Source: Hydrolagus colliei
Taxonomy: Eukaryota
Direction of reading: 5' to 3'
DNA length: 64,000 nucleotides
NCBI GenBank assembly: GCA_035084275.1
Contig: CM068745.1
Span: 16,740,001-16,804,000 of the forward strand
The notes beneath the pieces are model-generated. The model saw only the letters and a list, made by a program, of their open reading frames with translations. It was not told where the DNA came from and did no database searches. The position numbers and the translations under genes are program-made. Shown in pieces: positions 23,600 through 35,605 of this stretch (its first letter is position 1; the number at the start of each line of letters is the position of its first letter).

Positions 23600-24800
23600 G
23601 CAAGCCAGAGGATCACCCAGAGGATTCAATTCAAGATCCTGGTACTCACATTCAAAGCCCTCCATGGCCTTGCCCCTCATTCAAGTCCCACCTCACGACC
23701 CTCCTCTTTGATGGTCCTGACAGCATGTCTGTCCGACATCGAGTCGTGGACGAGGGACAACTTTTTGCAATTCAACGTGAGTAAGACCGAGGCCCTCCTG
23801 ATTGGCTCAAGCCAGCGCCTCCGCACATCAGGCACTGCCAGCCTCAACATCCAAGGCTGCATTCTCCACCTCACAAAACCAATCAGGAACCTCGGCATCA
23901 TGTTCGATCAAAAACTTTCCTTCCTCCCCCACATCCGCGCCTTGACCGGCACCGCTTATTTCCACCTGCGCAACATTGCCAGGCTCCGCAACTATCTTAC
24001 CCCCCGTGCTGCCGAAACACTCGTGCATGCTTACATCACCTCAGGGCTGGACTACGGAAACTCTCTCCTCGTCGGCCTCCCTAGTTCCTCCATTCACAGG
24101 CTGCAGGTCATCCAAAACTCTGCAGCCCGTATACTATCCCGCACCCGCCTCCGCGACCACATAACCCCCACCCTCGCCCGTCTCCACTGGCTCCCCATCC
24201 TCCAGAGGATCGAGTTCAAGATCCTCGTCCTCACCTACAAGGCCTTACACGGCCTTGCCCCACCCTATTTAAACAATCTACACTCCCCCTACATGCCCAC
24301 CCGGACCCTCCGTTCAACAGGACTTGGCCTGCTCCAAGCCCCCCGCCCGAACCGCCCCACCATCGGAGGCCGGGCCTTCAGTTTCTCCGCTCCCACCCTA
24401 TGGAATGCAATCCCTCAATCCCTCCGTTTCCTCTCTTCCCTTTCCTCTTTCAAGGCCGGTTTGAAGACTTTCCTCTTCGATCGTGCCTTTTGTTCCACCC
24501 CGAACTCTTTTACCTCACCTTCGTGTTTCACCCCTCCCCGAACACTCCCCTCCCAGCTCGGGTCACACGCCTCCTGTGCAGCGCCTTGGGACGTCCTCCC
24601 GACGTGAAAGGCGCTCTATAAAAAAAAAAGTAATTTGTTGTTGTATCAGTCACCCCAAATCCCCCTCTTTCCCTCTACCCTCCCCGAACCCGACCTCATC
24701 TCGGTTCTGAAACAATGATTGACCCCCTACTTGGGATGCTCCCCCTGACTTGAAAGGCGCTATACAAGTGTAATTGACTGTTGTTGTTGTTATTGTTGTT
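23600..24800 (+). mobile_element. Young L2 LINE (about 23715-24645, uninterrupted ORF2 C-terminus) nested in an older L2 3' fragment (23600-23714 and 24646-24800)
   Basis: The 348-aa ORF contains [28 protein letters not shown]...LDYGNSLLVGLP...LQVIQNSAAR...LHWLP...LWNAIP. The FKILVLTFKALHGLAP motif occurs twice and there are two separate 3' tails. Confidence 0.92.
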
Positions 24801-25959
24801 GACAGAATTCAATTGTAAAGATAGAATTTAATTTAACATTTGTCATGTACTGTTATTTATATTGCTAAAATTATGGTCGGGATTTATGATACCACAGGGA
24901 CAAACCTGCAGGCTGTACAGAACAAAGCAGCATAATGCTGAGCTTGCCAGAACAAATTCACTAAATACTTGGCTACCAAATACCAAAGATTTCAATCAAT
25001 TTCTTGCCTCATCAATTAATTAAATCACAACCCGTTATCCCACAAAGAATCAGTCTTTGTAATAATCCTCTCTTTTTGATTTCAGATCATTTGAACTGGT
25101 ATCTGAAAAAAAAGCATGATATCAACAAGAGAATATGAGCACTCCCACAGCTTTCACTAGCTTCTTGGTGCGTGCTTGGCCAGAACATGAAGGTCAGATC
25201 CCTTTTGTGACTTATTGATCTATTTTCTGTGATTTATGGATGATTTCTCCAGCTTATCTCATTTTGCGTGTTTTGCTATCAGTACCAACTGGTTCCTCTC
25301 ATCTCATGTTTTCTTGTCAATTGTATCGCATGCTTGCTCTTGTCGAGTAGTTCTGCTGCGTCCATTCGTATTTGTCATCAAATTCTTTCCAGCCGCAGAC
25401 AATCAGTGCACAGCACTGTCCCACAAACAATCATGAAGTAAAATGACCAATTTTGTCTCAACGTATTTGGCTTGAACACCTGTAGAATCTCCCATCTCTT
25501 TGACAAATATTTTCAACATGCACAAACAAATTAGAGAATTATTAAAGTGCTACACTCATTGATGTTAATCTGAATTGTGCAGTGACTGGTTTGAGGTCCA
25601 GACACAAACCCAAATTGAGCTATATCTGTTCTCCCAATAAAACAAATTTCTGTACAGTGAATGACAACTTCGTCCAGGGTAGCGTTCTAGAATGCTTATC
25701 AGGCGGCCAAGTTAAGAGCTAAATCAAGTGGCTTGTACTCAACACTCACAGTTAACATCTCACACATGAACACTTGCACTTTCGTAGGGTATCTGAGGAC
25801 AACCAGTGCCCAAGGAACCACATCCTTCATGAAGAGTCATATAGCCATATTAAGCCCACAAAATATACAAACTACTCGACACTTTGCAGTATATTCTGTG
25901 AAGCACTTCTCAAAGATGTGATAAGGCACTACATCAAATGCAAGGATTAGTATTATTAT

Positions 25960-26165
25960 TATAGAATCATAGAATCTTACAACACAGAAGGAGGTCATTC
26001 AGTCGGCTCTTTGAAACAGCTATCCACCCCCTTGCTGTTTAGCATAGCATTGTAATTGTTTCCTTTTAAGTATACTGTATATCCAATTCACTTTTGAAAG
26101 TTATTATTGAATCCGCTTCCACCACCCTTTTAGATTCCAGATCGTTTCACTTGCTGCGTGAAAAG
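25960..26165 (-). mobile_element. CR1 3' end fragment
   Basis: ATAGAATCATAGAATC terminal repeat and a reverse-complement CR1 tail. Confidence 0.7.
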
Positions 26166-26602
26166 TAAGCATTTACTATTAATATTTATTGTCAAAATAT
26201 AAGGACTCACATAATACGTGAGCGGGGAGTATCTTATTCTGTCACAACCCCAGTCAATGTGAATTCAACTCCCTCTCTGAGCAAAATAATCTGAGCAGTG
26301 TATGTGTCTGACAGACAGACGGAATTGCTCGATTAATGCCCACTGGATGTGTCTCGAGATTTCCAGTGTTGTGTCTGTGTTTCAGATCCATTGTGCAGAC
26401 TGGGGAAACAATCACTTGCCTGCATCAGATTCAAAGACATAAACGAGAAGAGCCACAATAATTTGATAAGGAAACAGAAAATAAAAAGAGAGTTTCAAAA
26501 GACTAAAGAGAAAAATGAATAAACACATTGGAGAAAAAGAAAAGGAATAATTTTCAATACAAAAGTTTCTGCAGTTTTCCATCCACCAAATCTGGGGGTC
26601 AT

Positions 26603-27360
26603 TAACAACAACAACAAAAGTACACTTCTATAGCACTTTTCACGGCAGGAGGACATCCCAGGACACTGGAGAGTCACTGTCTCAGACCCAAGCTGGTGAC
26701 AGGAATGGGAAGGGAAGTGAGGTGTTAAGAGTTGCCAATAGGACCATCGAAGAGGAGCATTTTGAGGTGGGACTTGAAGGAGGCCAGGGAGGAGGCAAGG
26801 CAGTGGGACTGTGGGATGGAGTTCCAGAGGTTGGGGGCACATTGGATAAAGCTCGCCTGCCAATGGTGGGGCAGATGGGTCAGGGGACATGGAGCAGGCC
26901 AGAGCCTGCTGAGTAGAGAGGCCCGACAGGTTAGTAAGAGGTTAAAAGGTCATGGATGTAGGGTGGGGCGAGGTTGTGGAGGGCTTTGAATGTGAGGACC
27001 AGGATCTTGAATTGGACCCTCTGGATGATGAAGAGCCAATGGAGTTGGGCGAGGATGGGGGAGATGGGATCACAGAGTTTGGAATGGTAGAGGACACAAG
27101 CCGCAGAGTTCTGGATCATCTGCAATCTGTGGAGGGAGGAATTGGGAAGGTTGACAAGCAGGACATTTGCATAGTTGAGCCGGGATGTAATGAAGGCATG
27201 AATGAGGGTTCAGCGGCTTTCAGGGTGAGGTAGTGGTGGAGTCGGGCAATATTGATGAGATGGGGAAAGGCAGAGCGAGTCATTGCTTGGAGATGGTGGA
27301 GGAAAGACAGTTGAGGGTTGAACAAGACACCTAGGTTCCTGACTGGCTTGGTGAGGTTAA
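26603..27360 (-). mobile_element. L2 LINE, 5'-truncated
   Basis: FNPQLSFL..HL.NIARLHHYL, QMIQNSAA, QRVQFKILVLTFKALHNLAPPY motifs and a (TTG)n tail at about 26603. Confidence 0.9.
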
Positions 27361-27894
27361 GTCATCTTTCTCCATGCAACACTTGATGGCAAAAAAGCAT
27401 ATTTTAGTTTTCTTACCCTGATGAGCATGTCTACCATGAGCTGGGATAACATCTATAATTTGCTATCATTTACATGAGTAGATAGTCCACTGGTTTGATT
27501 CTGTATTTGTACAAAATAATATACTATAAAGATGTCACATCACTATGTTCATGGTATGATTCATAGAGTGTTTCAACACAAAGGGATGCCATTTGGTACA
27601 TTGTGCCTGTGCTCCATTAATCCCACACAGAGACTTTCAAGCATCCTGAGATGCTACCTACATGAAGGACGCTATATAAATGCAAGTTGTTGTTATTGTT
27701 CCCCGTATCTTTTTTACATGTTTGTCTACTTCTCTTTCCCTTCCATTTGGTTAGATTAATGACTTGTGCAAATAATGTACTGCAAACTCGTTTCTCTCTC
27801 TATTTATCAATTAAAGGCTAACGGGAAACACTTGCTTTCATTCATGTATATCAATATACAAAACACAGTCCTGCGATGCAATTCAAAATATATC

Positions 27895-28310
27895 TCTGTC
27901 CCAGCCTGGATCAGTTGGTAGAATGTGAATCAGAAGGTTGTAGGTTCAAGCCCCATGTTCAGACTTTCAACTCATTTTCTAGGCTGATACTCCAATGCAA
28001 TGCCTGTGCAATACAATTCGAAGTGGCATCCAGAATAAGTTGTCAAACCAAGGTCCTTCCTACATGTTCTGGCAGATGATAAAGATCCCACGACACTAGT
28101 CAGAAAGAGAAGAAACTTTTACTCTGCCTGACAATCCTCACAAATTTTTTAAAATGGTCATTCACTTCATGGTTATTTGGGGACAATGCTATTTGTAAAT
28201 TGTCTGTTGTGTTTGCCAACAAAATACACAGTTACTATCCTTTATAATAAACACCGTGCTTTGAGACAGCCTTCTGACATGAAAGTCACTATATCAAATG
28301 CAACAATAAC
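27895..28310 (+). mobile_element. Old DeuSINE
   Basis: Head CAGTTGGTAG..TGAATCAGAAGGTTGTAGGTTCAAGCCCC, Deu core AAAGATCCCACGACACTA and an L2-like tail. Confidence 0.7.
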
Positions 28311-31238
28311 ACCAACAACTTTCATTGATACACTATAGGGTAGCTACAAACTTGATTCAATGGGGTCTGTGGATGCGCTTCAGAGGTGGCTCGTAACTCG
28401 GGTATAGATAGACTCTATAACCACCCACTAGATGCATTAAGAATTGTTCTAAGAACACATCAACAGCAATTATTGCATTGGAAGCAAGTCCTGACCAAGC
28501 CTGGAATGAGTTCTAAAGCTGTTTGTAAATTCAAATTGGTCCAATTCCAATCTCGCTGACTAGTTCAAAATCCGCTTAGCACAGGTCACCTCAAACATCT
28601 GCTCGTTTTAGATACTTGCACTGTGACAGCTGTTCAATAGATGAAACCCAAAACCCCTTTCAAAATTTATAATAGCATTAACCCTCCAAGCATTGAGAGG
28701 CATTTTCCTCTTTTAAGCTGTGTTCAGGAATTTCCTTTCATTTATTGCCCAGAGGGCTCATTTTCTGCCAGAGCCTAAAGATGAACAATTTAAAGCAGAA
28801 TTTGAAAAATGTGCAGCACCAAAAAACATTTCCAATATTATATTATTTCTAGAACAAGCATAACCTTGTCCTTTTCAATCTAAAGAGTTCATTCAGTATC
28901 AGAAAAGCTTTTTGAAACTAAATCCTATGTTTGGTCTTGCACTTTTATGTTCTCTGCCTAAATTGCTATAAAGCACTTTTAGATGATTAAATTGATAAAG
29001 CGCTATATCAAATTTAAGCAATGTTATTGTTATGATATCTCCTACTTTACTTGTGGTCATGTTTCTCCCAACTCCCTCTCCTTTTCAGCCAGTTTGATGA
29101 TCCACATCGTTTCCTGCAGAGCACTTTAAGATCTTATCCTATTGAAAGGGCTCTAGTTAAGTGCAAATTGCAATTATTCCAAAGCATGCTAATTTTGAAC
29201 AAGATACTAATTCTCCACACCAATATTGAGTGTGTGTTTCTTTTAAAAATTACAGATGTAACAAACTGCAGTTAACATTTACATTAATCTTGGAGCAACA
29301 AGACCAAAGAAAGTGAGACTGGAAATTTACATGTAACATTACTTGCAGATGATGTAGAAAGAAAAGGATTTTCAGTGTCAGAGTTATTGTAAGGCTCCTA
29401 TATATAAATGGGTATGTGTCTTTGAAATGGTGACACGATCACAGTTAGAGCACATTTCTGTTCATAAGCTATATGCTTAACTCTCCTCTCTCTCGGCCTT
29501 CATAACATTCCGTGAATGTTAAAAATCCAATGGCAGTAATCAAAAAAGAAAGAAAGTTTCTCCCAGTGCCTTAGCCAATAATCTCCCAGATAAAATGGAT
29601 CATTCATTTCACGGCTATTAGTGAGACATTGCAGGACAAGGTGCTAAGAGATGTATAACAAAGAAAGACTTTACCACTATCTAATACAGATACTGGGAGA
29701 TATTGTCACCGTTTGTCCACATCACATAGTCATGTAATACCATTATGTGCTACTTGATAAATAGTATTCAAAGAAAAAATTAATCTCTTTGTATGTATAT
29801 TCAGTGGATTAACTACAAATAGTAGTTTCTGGGACATCACTGTGCACGAATTGGCTGCCGTATTTCCCTACAAATATACAGTCTCTGTGGTTAATAGAAA
29901 TAACATGTGAAGTGCTTTCAGATGCCTTGATCACACCATAATGAAATGCAAGGATTACTATAAATACACAGTCACTACACTTTACAATAAACTTCGGTCA
30001 AGCACTTTGAGATGCTCGACAACATGATGAGGCATCATATAAGAATAAAAATAATAATCGCTGCATTTGTTGTTGCACTTTTCACATCTTTTAGACGTCC
30101 CAAAGTGCTTCACAGAATACACTGTAATGTGAATTGACTGTATTTTTTTGTGGGCAATATGAATTGAAAGGTTTATTATTATTATTGTGATGTGAAGCTA
30201 CTCACAGTCCAGGCATTTGGCTGCACACGCTCAGCAGTTGTGTTCGGTTTTAATACTGTGATATGGCTTTAATGTAAAGTGAGCCTTAAGTATGAAAGTC
30301 TCATGAGAAGCTCTGGCTGGCACAAGTCAGCATTGTTATCATAACGTCATGGAGCTTTTCAGGGAATCAGTAAAAGCCCGTTCTAATTAGATATCAGCAC
30401 ACACACGCAGAATATGTAAAGCTGCTCCAGATGACCCACGAAAACACATTCCAGAAAGTGTCTAAATCAAACAACAACCATCTTTGGGGAACTGGCTATT
30501 GATGTGTCTGTTTAACTTGCAAGAAACACGAAAACATGTTTGCAAAAATTCCCTAAATGAGTAAACTTTTTGAGACTCTCACCATAGCCTTCCCAACCCA
30601 CTATAACTAAAACCAAACCAGCATTTAAAACAGTAGAGTTAATTAAATCTGGATTGTTGTCCTGGCCAACAATCCCCCTAAATAAACTTGGTCATTCACT
30701 TCATAGCTGTGTGTGGGACATTGCTGTGTACAAATTGCAAACTATACAGTAACTCTATGAAGCTGTGTGAGAAACAGCTGCAATGAAAGAGAATACAACT
30801 GTAAGGATTAACACATTCCGAGTTTTGTAGGAACATTTGGAAATTACTAATCATTTTCCATTTGAAAGTTGCACTACTAAGTTGATGTACCACTTCTAAA
30901 TTTAGATGTTTAGTTAAGTCCTGCCTTATAACCCTCCAGTTAAATGGACCATTTGCTTTCTGGCTGGTTGCTGTGCTCAACATAGCTGTTATGTTTGGCA
31001 ACAGAAACAATGACACTTGTTACTGTAAGTTGTTTTGAGATATTTTAATGTAACAAAACATTATAAAAATAACTTTATTTCTTGCCATGAAGATAAACTG
31101 CTCATGGATCACTGGCTGTTGAATGGGATTCAAAGTCTAGACATGAATTCAACCTTAAACTCTAACGGGTAGAGCCGGCTGAACTGGACAGTTATCGTGA
31201 AACATTAGAACTGCTTTGTACTGTTACGTTGTGTATAT

Positions 31239-31570
31239 GGCTCAGTAGCTCAGTGGTTAGCGAGAGACCTGGGTTTGATTCCCGTGCAGGTGAAACATTG
31301 GGTCAGTTTCGTTACTTCACATGCCTCTGTTTACTTAGATGTAAGTGGGAACCTAGTTGTTAGTTGATTGGCAGATTACTTTACCAGGCATAATAATTCT
31401 TTTAAAAAAACAATAATTGGTCACTCAATCCACAACTGTTTGTGGGGCACTTCTGTGCACAATTGGCCCATAAAACATATAGTCAATTCACTTTACAGTA
31501 TATTATTTGAAGTGCTTTGAGACTTCCCGAAGACATGATATGGGGCTATATCAAATGTAAGGATTATTAT
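31239..31570 (+). mobile_element. tRNA-derived SINE (long subfamily)
   Basis: A and B boxes, the extra internal segment and a (TTA)n tail. Confidence 0.85.
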
Positions 31571-32749
31571 TAAAGTTTGCATTTTATTGGAAGAATGTGA
31601 CGAGCCTTTTTATGTTCTAACCATAAATAGATCACTTCAATTGTATCCACTAGATGGGGCCAAGTGCATTGTTGTTCTGCATTTACCAGAAAATACTCTA
31701 TGCCTATCAGCATGCAAGAGTATGATCTTTTCAAGCATTATATCAATGGGAAAAGCTGTTTATTCTAAAATTTACTCTGTTACTCACAAAATACATATTT
31801 TTACCATTAACACAGCTGTTTGAGGGATCTTCATGTAGAAATGAATAGGACCAGAAGAGACCATTTGACAATGCAAAAAAAAATTAATTAATAGTGATTT
31901 ATGAATTTAAAGAGTTTCAAAGTACTCCACAAATAACTCCTTTCAAGTGTCGTGATTGTCTCTGTAGACAAACGCGGCAGCCATTTGCGCTATTGAGGTC
32001 CCAGAAATGGCCAGTAATATGGAGGATGGTTGGTCAGGACATCGGCAGAAACTCCCTGTTCTTTTGTGAAGATTATAGTCATAGGCACAACAACAACAAA
32101 TTACATTTTGTACAAATATAGCACTTTTCACATCAGGAGGACATCCCAAGCCACTGGACAGTCAGGGATCCACACCCGAGCTGGTGGTTGAGATCAGGGG
32201 GAGTAGAGAGGAACCAGAGAGACCAGTGTGGGTAATCTGGCCAACTTTTAACTAAAAGAATTGCTGGAATGTTTGTTTGAAGCATCTTTCAACATTGGAA
32301 TCCTTTTTTTGCCCTACACCTTAGTAAGTAAATTTTAATAAATAACTTCAGGGTACAGGATAGCTCAGCGACCTGATTCTAACCTTGCAGATCTGACGAT
32401 GCTGGGGATGGGAGAACAGATCCATAAGATTGATTTTAGTTTAAAATAATTACTGCACTAGTAGACAAAATTACAACATGCTGTCAAGTTATTAAATATC
32501 TGTGACTCCAGGGATGGGACATATTTTAGGAATCGGGAGAAAGGGGTGATTCTCTAGATGGGGTTGTCCATGTTTCTTTAATTGGAACTAGTTTGGGTTT
32601 ATCTAATGAAGCCAAAGGGTAAGACCCAAGGGAATACAGTTCAGCAATGCCATCCTCATAACTGGGCAGTTGCAGTGCTGTAATTGCACCATTGGGATCT
32701 TGACTTGGTTTCCAATGAAATAATAATACTAATTGTAATAATAATAGTA

Positions 32750-32915
32750 ATTTGTCCCCTCTCTCTGTTAGCCTTAAAAGCTTCCCAACATCCCCTAGTT
32801 CTGACAAAGGGTCGAGGACCCAAAACGTTGACTCACTTTCCTTTCACCATAGATGCTGAGTGTTCCCAGCAATTTCTGTTTTTGTTGCATATTTCCAGCA
32901 ACTGCACTATTTTAC
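32750..32915 (+). mobile_element. Penelope-like terminal remnant with a decayed hammerhead-ribozyme motif
   Basis: CTGACAA-A-GGGTC-GAG-GACCC-AAAACGTT at 32801-32829, followed by the same 3' sequence as 17955-18047. Confidence 0.55.
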
Positions 32916-34454
32916 GTTGTTTTAAATAATAATACAGTGCTTGTATTAGATATAGCTGCTTATCGCACTGTTGAGACGTCTCAAAGCACCTCACAGGATA
33001 TATATATATGAAGTGAAATGACTGCGTATTTTGTGGACAAACGTAAGTACTTATTATAATGGTCAAGCTGACTGAAGGGAATATTGCCTTTATTTGTTGT
33101 CACTGTGTGTGCTCAGTACATTTTGTAATATTCTAGCAATGCTACTGGTATATTGTGGTCAGTCTTAAATCCTCTGGGTTGTGCCCTTCACACACGCACA
33201 CACACACACACTCACTCACTCACTCACTCACTCAGACCTGAATTCCAAACAATTGAACAATTTCTCCATTAAAATATTCTGATGTGAAAGTGCAAAATAA
33301 AATGCAAGGAATATTATTTAACTGTTTCATTTGCTAAGTGCGTTGAAATGGCAAGTTATACTGCGGGGGAAATAATGATATGTACTGAATAAGGGCTGTT
33401 AAAGTTTTATTGTACAAAACAAAAATCCAGGTGTTTTGGTCATTTTTTGCTTGAAAAAATAAGGAGAAAATCAGGAAGAATTTAATGCAATAAAACTGGT
33501 GAAAATCACGATTTATTTTGGAAGATTCCCCTAATGATCTTATCCCCAAACTAACCTGGATGGAATGCTGGCTGTGTGAAAAGCAGATATGTATAAAGCA
33601 GTTCCAACAATTCTCTCTACTGTCCAAATCCTAACACATACCAAACTCCGAACAACCACCGTCTACACCAAGCTCAACTGGCTCCCTGTTTCTCAATGGA
33701 TAAACTTCATGTTCCTCACCCACATATATTAATCCTTTCACATCCTAGCACTGCCGTATCTCTCTTGTACTGATCGATAGGGCAGTCCCAGGATGTAAAG
33801 TCCTAGGATTATTCTCTCCCCCACTACATGCCTCCACTCCCAACCCTTGTCCCTGCTTGCCCATCACACTTTTTCTGCTCCTCAAACTCAAGTCTACTGT
33901 GTGTCCTCTTCTCCTCGGGCTCCCACTCACTCCCACTGAGCAATGGACATGTTTTCAGTTTCTATGCTCCTAACCTTTAGAACTCCATCCCTTTTACCCC
34001 ACAAACTCGCTCTCTGTCTATAATACCCAAGTAAAAATGTACTTCTTCATGTGGCATCAACCCCTTTTCACCTGCTTGGTGTCCGATCTAATCTTCATGA
34101 ATCCTACATGAAGGGCGCTCTACAAATGCAAGTCGTTTTTTTGAAAAGCCAGATTCTCACAATCTTCATGAAAAGACAGTTGCCATAACAACCAGGACTG
34201 GAGTGAGACAAGTGCATGCACAATCACAGAGACCAAACATCAGGGAAATAAAGTAGTTCCTTAACATTAAGTCAGTACAAGGTGTTAGCCACTTGGAGGA
34301 GCTATGATTCTGAAAGATCTGTGGTCCTGAGGAATTTCTTGGTCATGATGGACAATAATAATGTTTCTTTCAATGAGATAAGACACTGTATGAGACAAAA
34401 TGGTTTAGCCCTAGAAACATATTTCTGATACCATTTGCTGATCTTTATTTCTCT

Positions 34455-35605
34455 CTCTTCCACTGCCTTCACTTTGTTTCCTCCAACGGCTTCTCCTCCA
34501 GCCCTCGCACAGTCACATGTGGCATTCCCCAGGGCTCTGTCCTTGGCCCCCTGCTCTTCACCCTCTACACTCTCCCACTGGGTGACCATCATCCGCAGAC
34601 ATGGGGTAAGTTTCACATGTACGGGGATGACACCCAACTCTACCTATCCGCGTCAACCCTCGATTCCAGGAACACTGGAGTTCTGACTGCATGCCTGTCC
34701 GACATTGAGTTCTGGACGAGGGCAAATTTCCTACAACTCAACATCAACAAGACGGAAGCCCTCCTGATTGGCTCATGTCAGTGCCTCCGCACCTCAGACG
34801 CTGACAACATCAGCGTTCAAGGCTGCTCTCTCCACCTCTCGAAGCCAATCAGGAATCTGGGCGTCTTGTTCGACCCCCGAGCTATCCTTCCTCCCCCACA
34901 TCCGTTCCATGACCAGCACAACCTTCCATCACCTCCGCAATATTGCCAGCCTCCGCCACTACCTCACCCCCCACGCCACCGAAACCCTCATCCACACCTT
35001 TATCACTTCCAGGCTCGACTATGGGAACTCTCTCCACGTTGGCCTCCCCAGCTGCTCCCTTCACAGGCTGCAGATCATTCAGAATTCTGCAGCTCGTGTG
35101 CTCTCCCATACCAGGCTTCGTGACCACATCACTCCCACCCTCGCCCATCTCCACTGACTCCCCATCACCCAGAGGATCAAATTCAAGATCTTTGTCCTCA
35201 CTTTCAAGGCCATTTATGGCCTTTCCACCCCCTACTGTCTCCCTATCAGCCTGCCCGCACCCTCCGTTCAGCAGACTCAGGCCTGTTCCGCGTCCACCGC
35301 CCTAACCACCCAACCATCGGTGGCCAGGCTTTCGGCCTCTCTGCTCCCACACTGTAGAACTCCATCCCGCAGCCCCTTCACCTTGCTTCCTTTCTTTCCT
35401 CCTTCAAGGCCGGTCTCAAGACCTTCCTCTTCGACTGTGCCTTCGACTGCCCCACTAACTCTTCCCCCTCTCTCACTCTCCATCCCCTTCCCCGACCCCC
35501 CCCCCCCCCCCCCACCCGCTCGGGTCCCGACCTGACATCTTTGGGACGTCCCCCCGCCGTGAAGGGCACTATATAAGTGCAATTTTGTTGTTATTTTGTT
35601 GTTGT
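34455..35605 (+). mobile_element. L2 LINE, 5'-truncated, including the RT catalytic region
   Basis: G(I)PQGSVLGP-like segment, YGDDTQLY (YADD equivalent), [26 protein letters not shown], and the 3' tail with (TTG)n. Confidence 0.93.

Noticed and set aside
23561-24607. 348-aa ORF as a host gene
   Set aside because: It consists of L2 ORF2 sequence from nested copies and lacks the RT catalytic core and endonuclease.
25086-25192. Plus-strand exon-like segment (TTTCAG|...AAG|GTCAGA)
   Set aside because: No recognisable coding similarity and no partner exons; indistinguishable from chance splice-like signals.
27417-27452. Minus-strand ATG...AGG|GTAAGA as an alternative SACS first exon
   Set aside because: Phase 0, incompatible with the phase-2 acceptor at 4968, and no promoter-like context.
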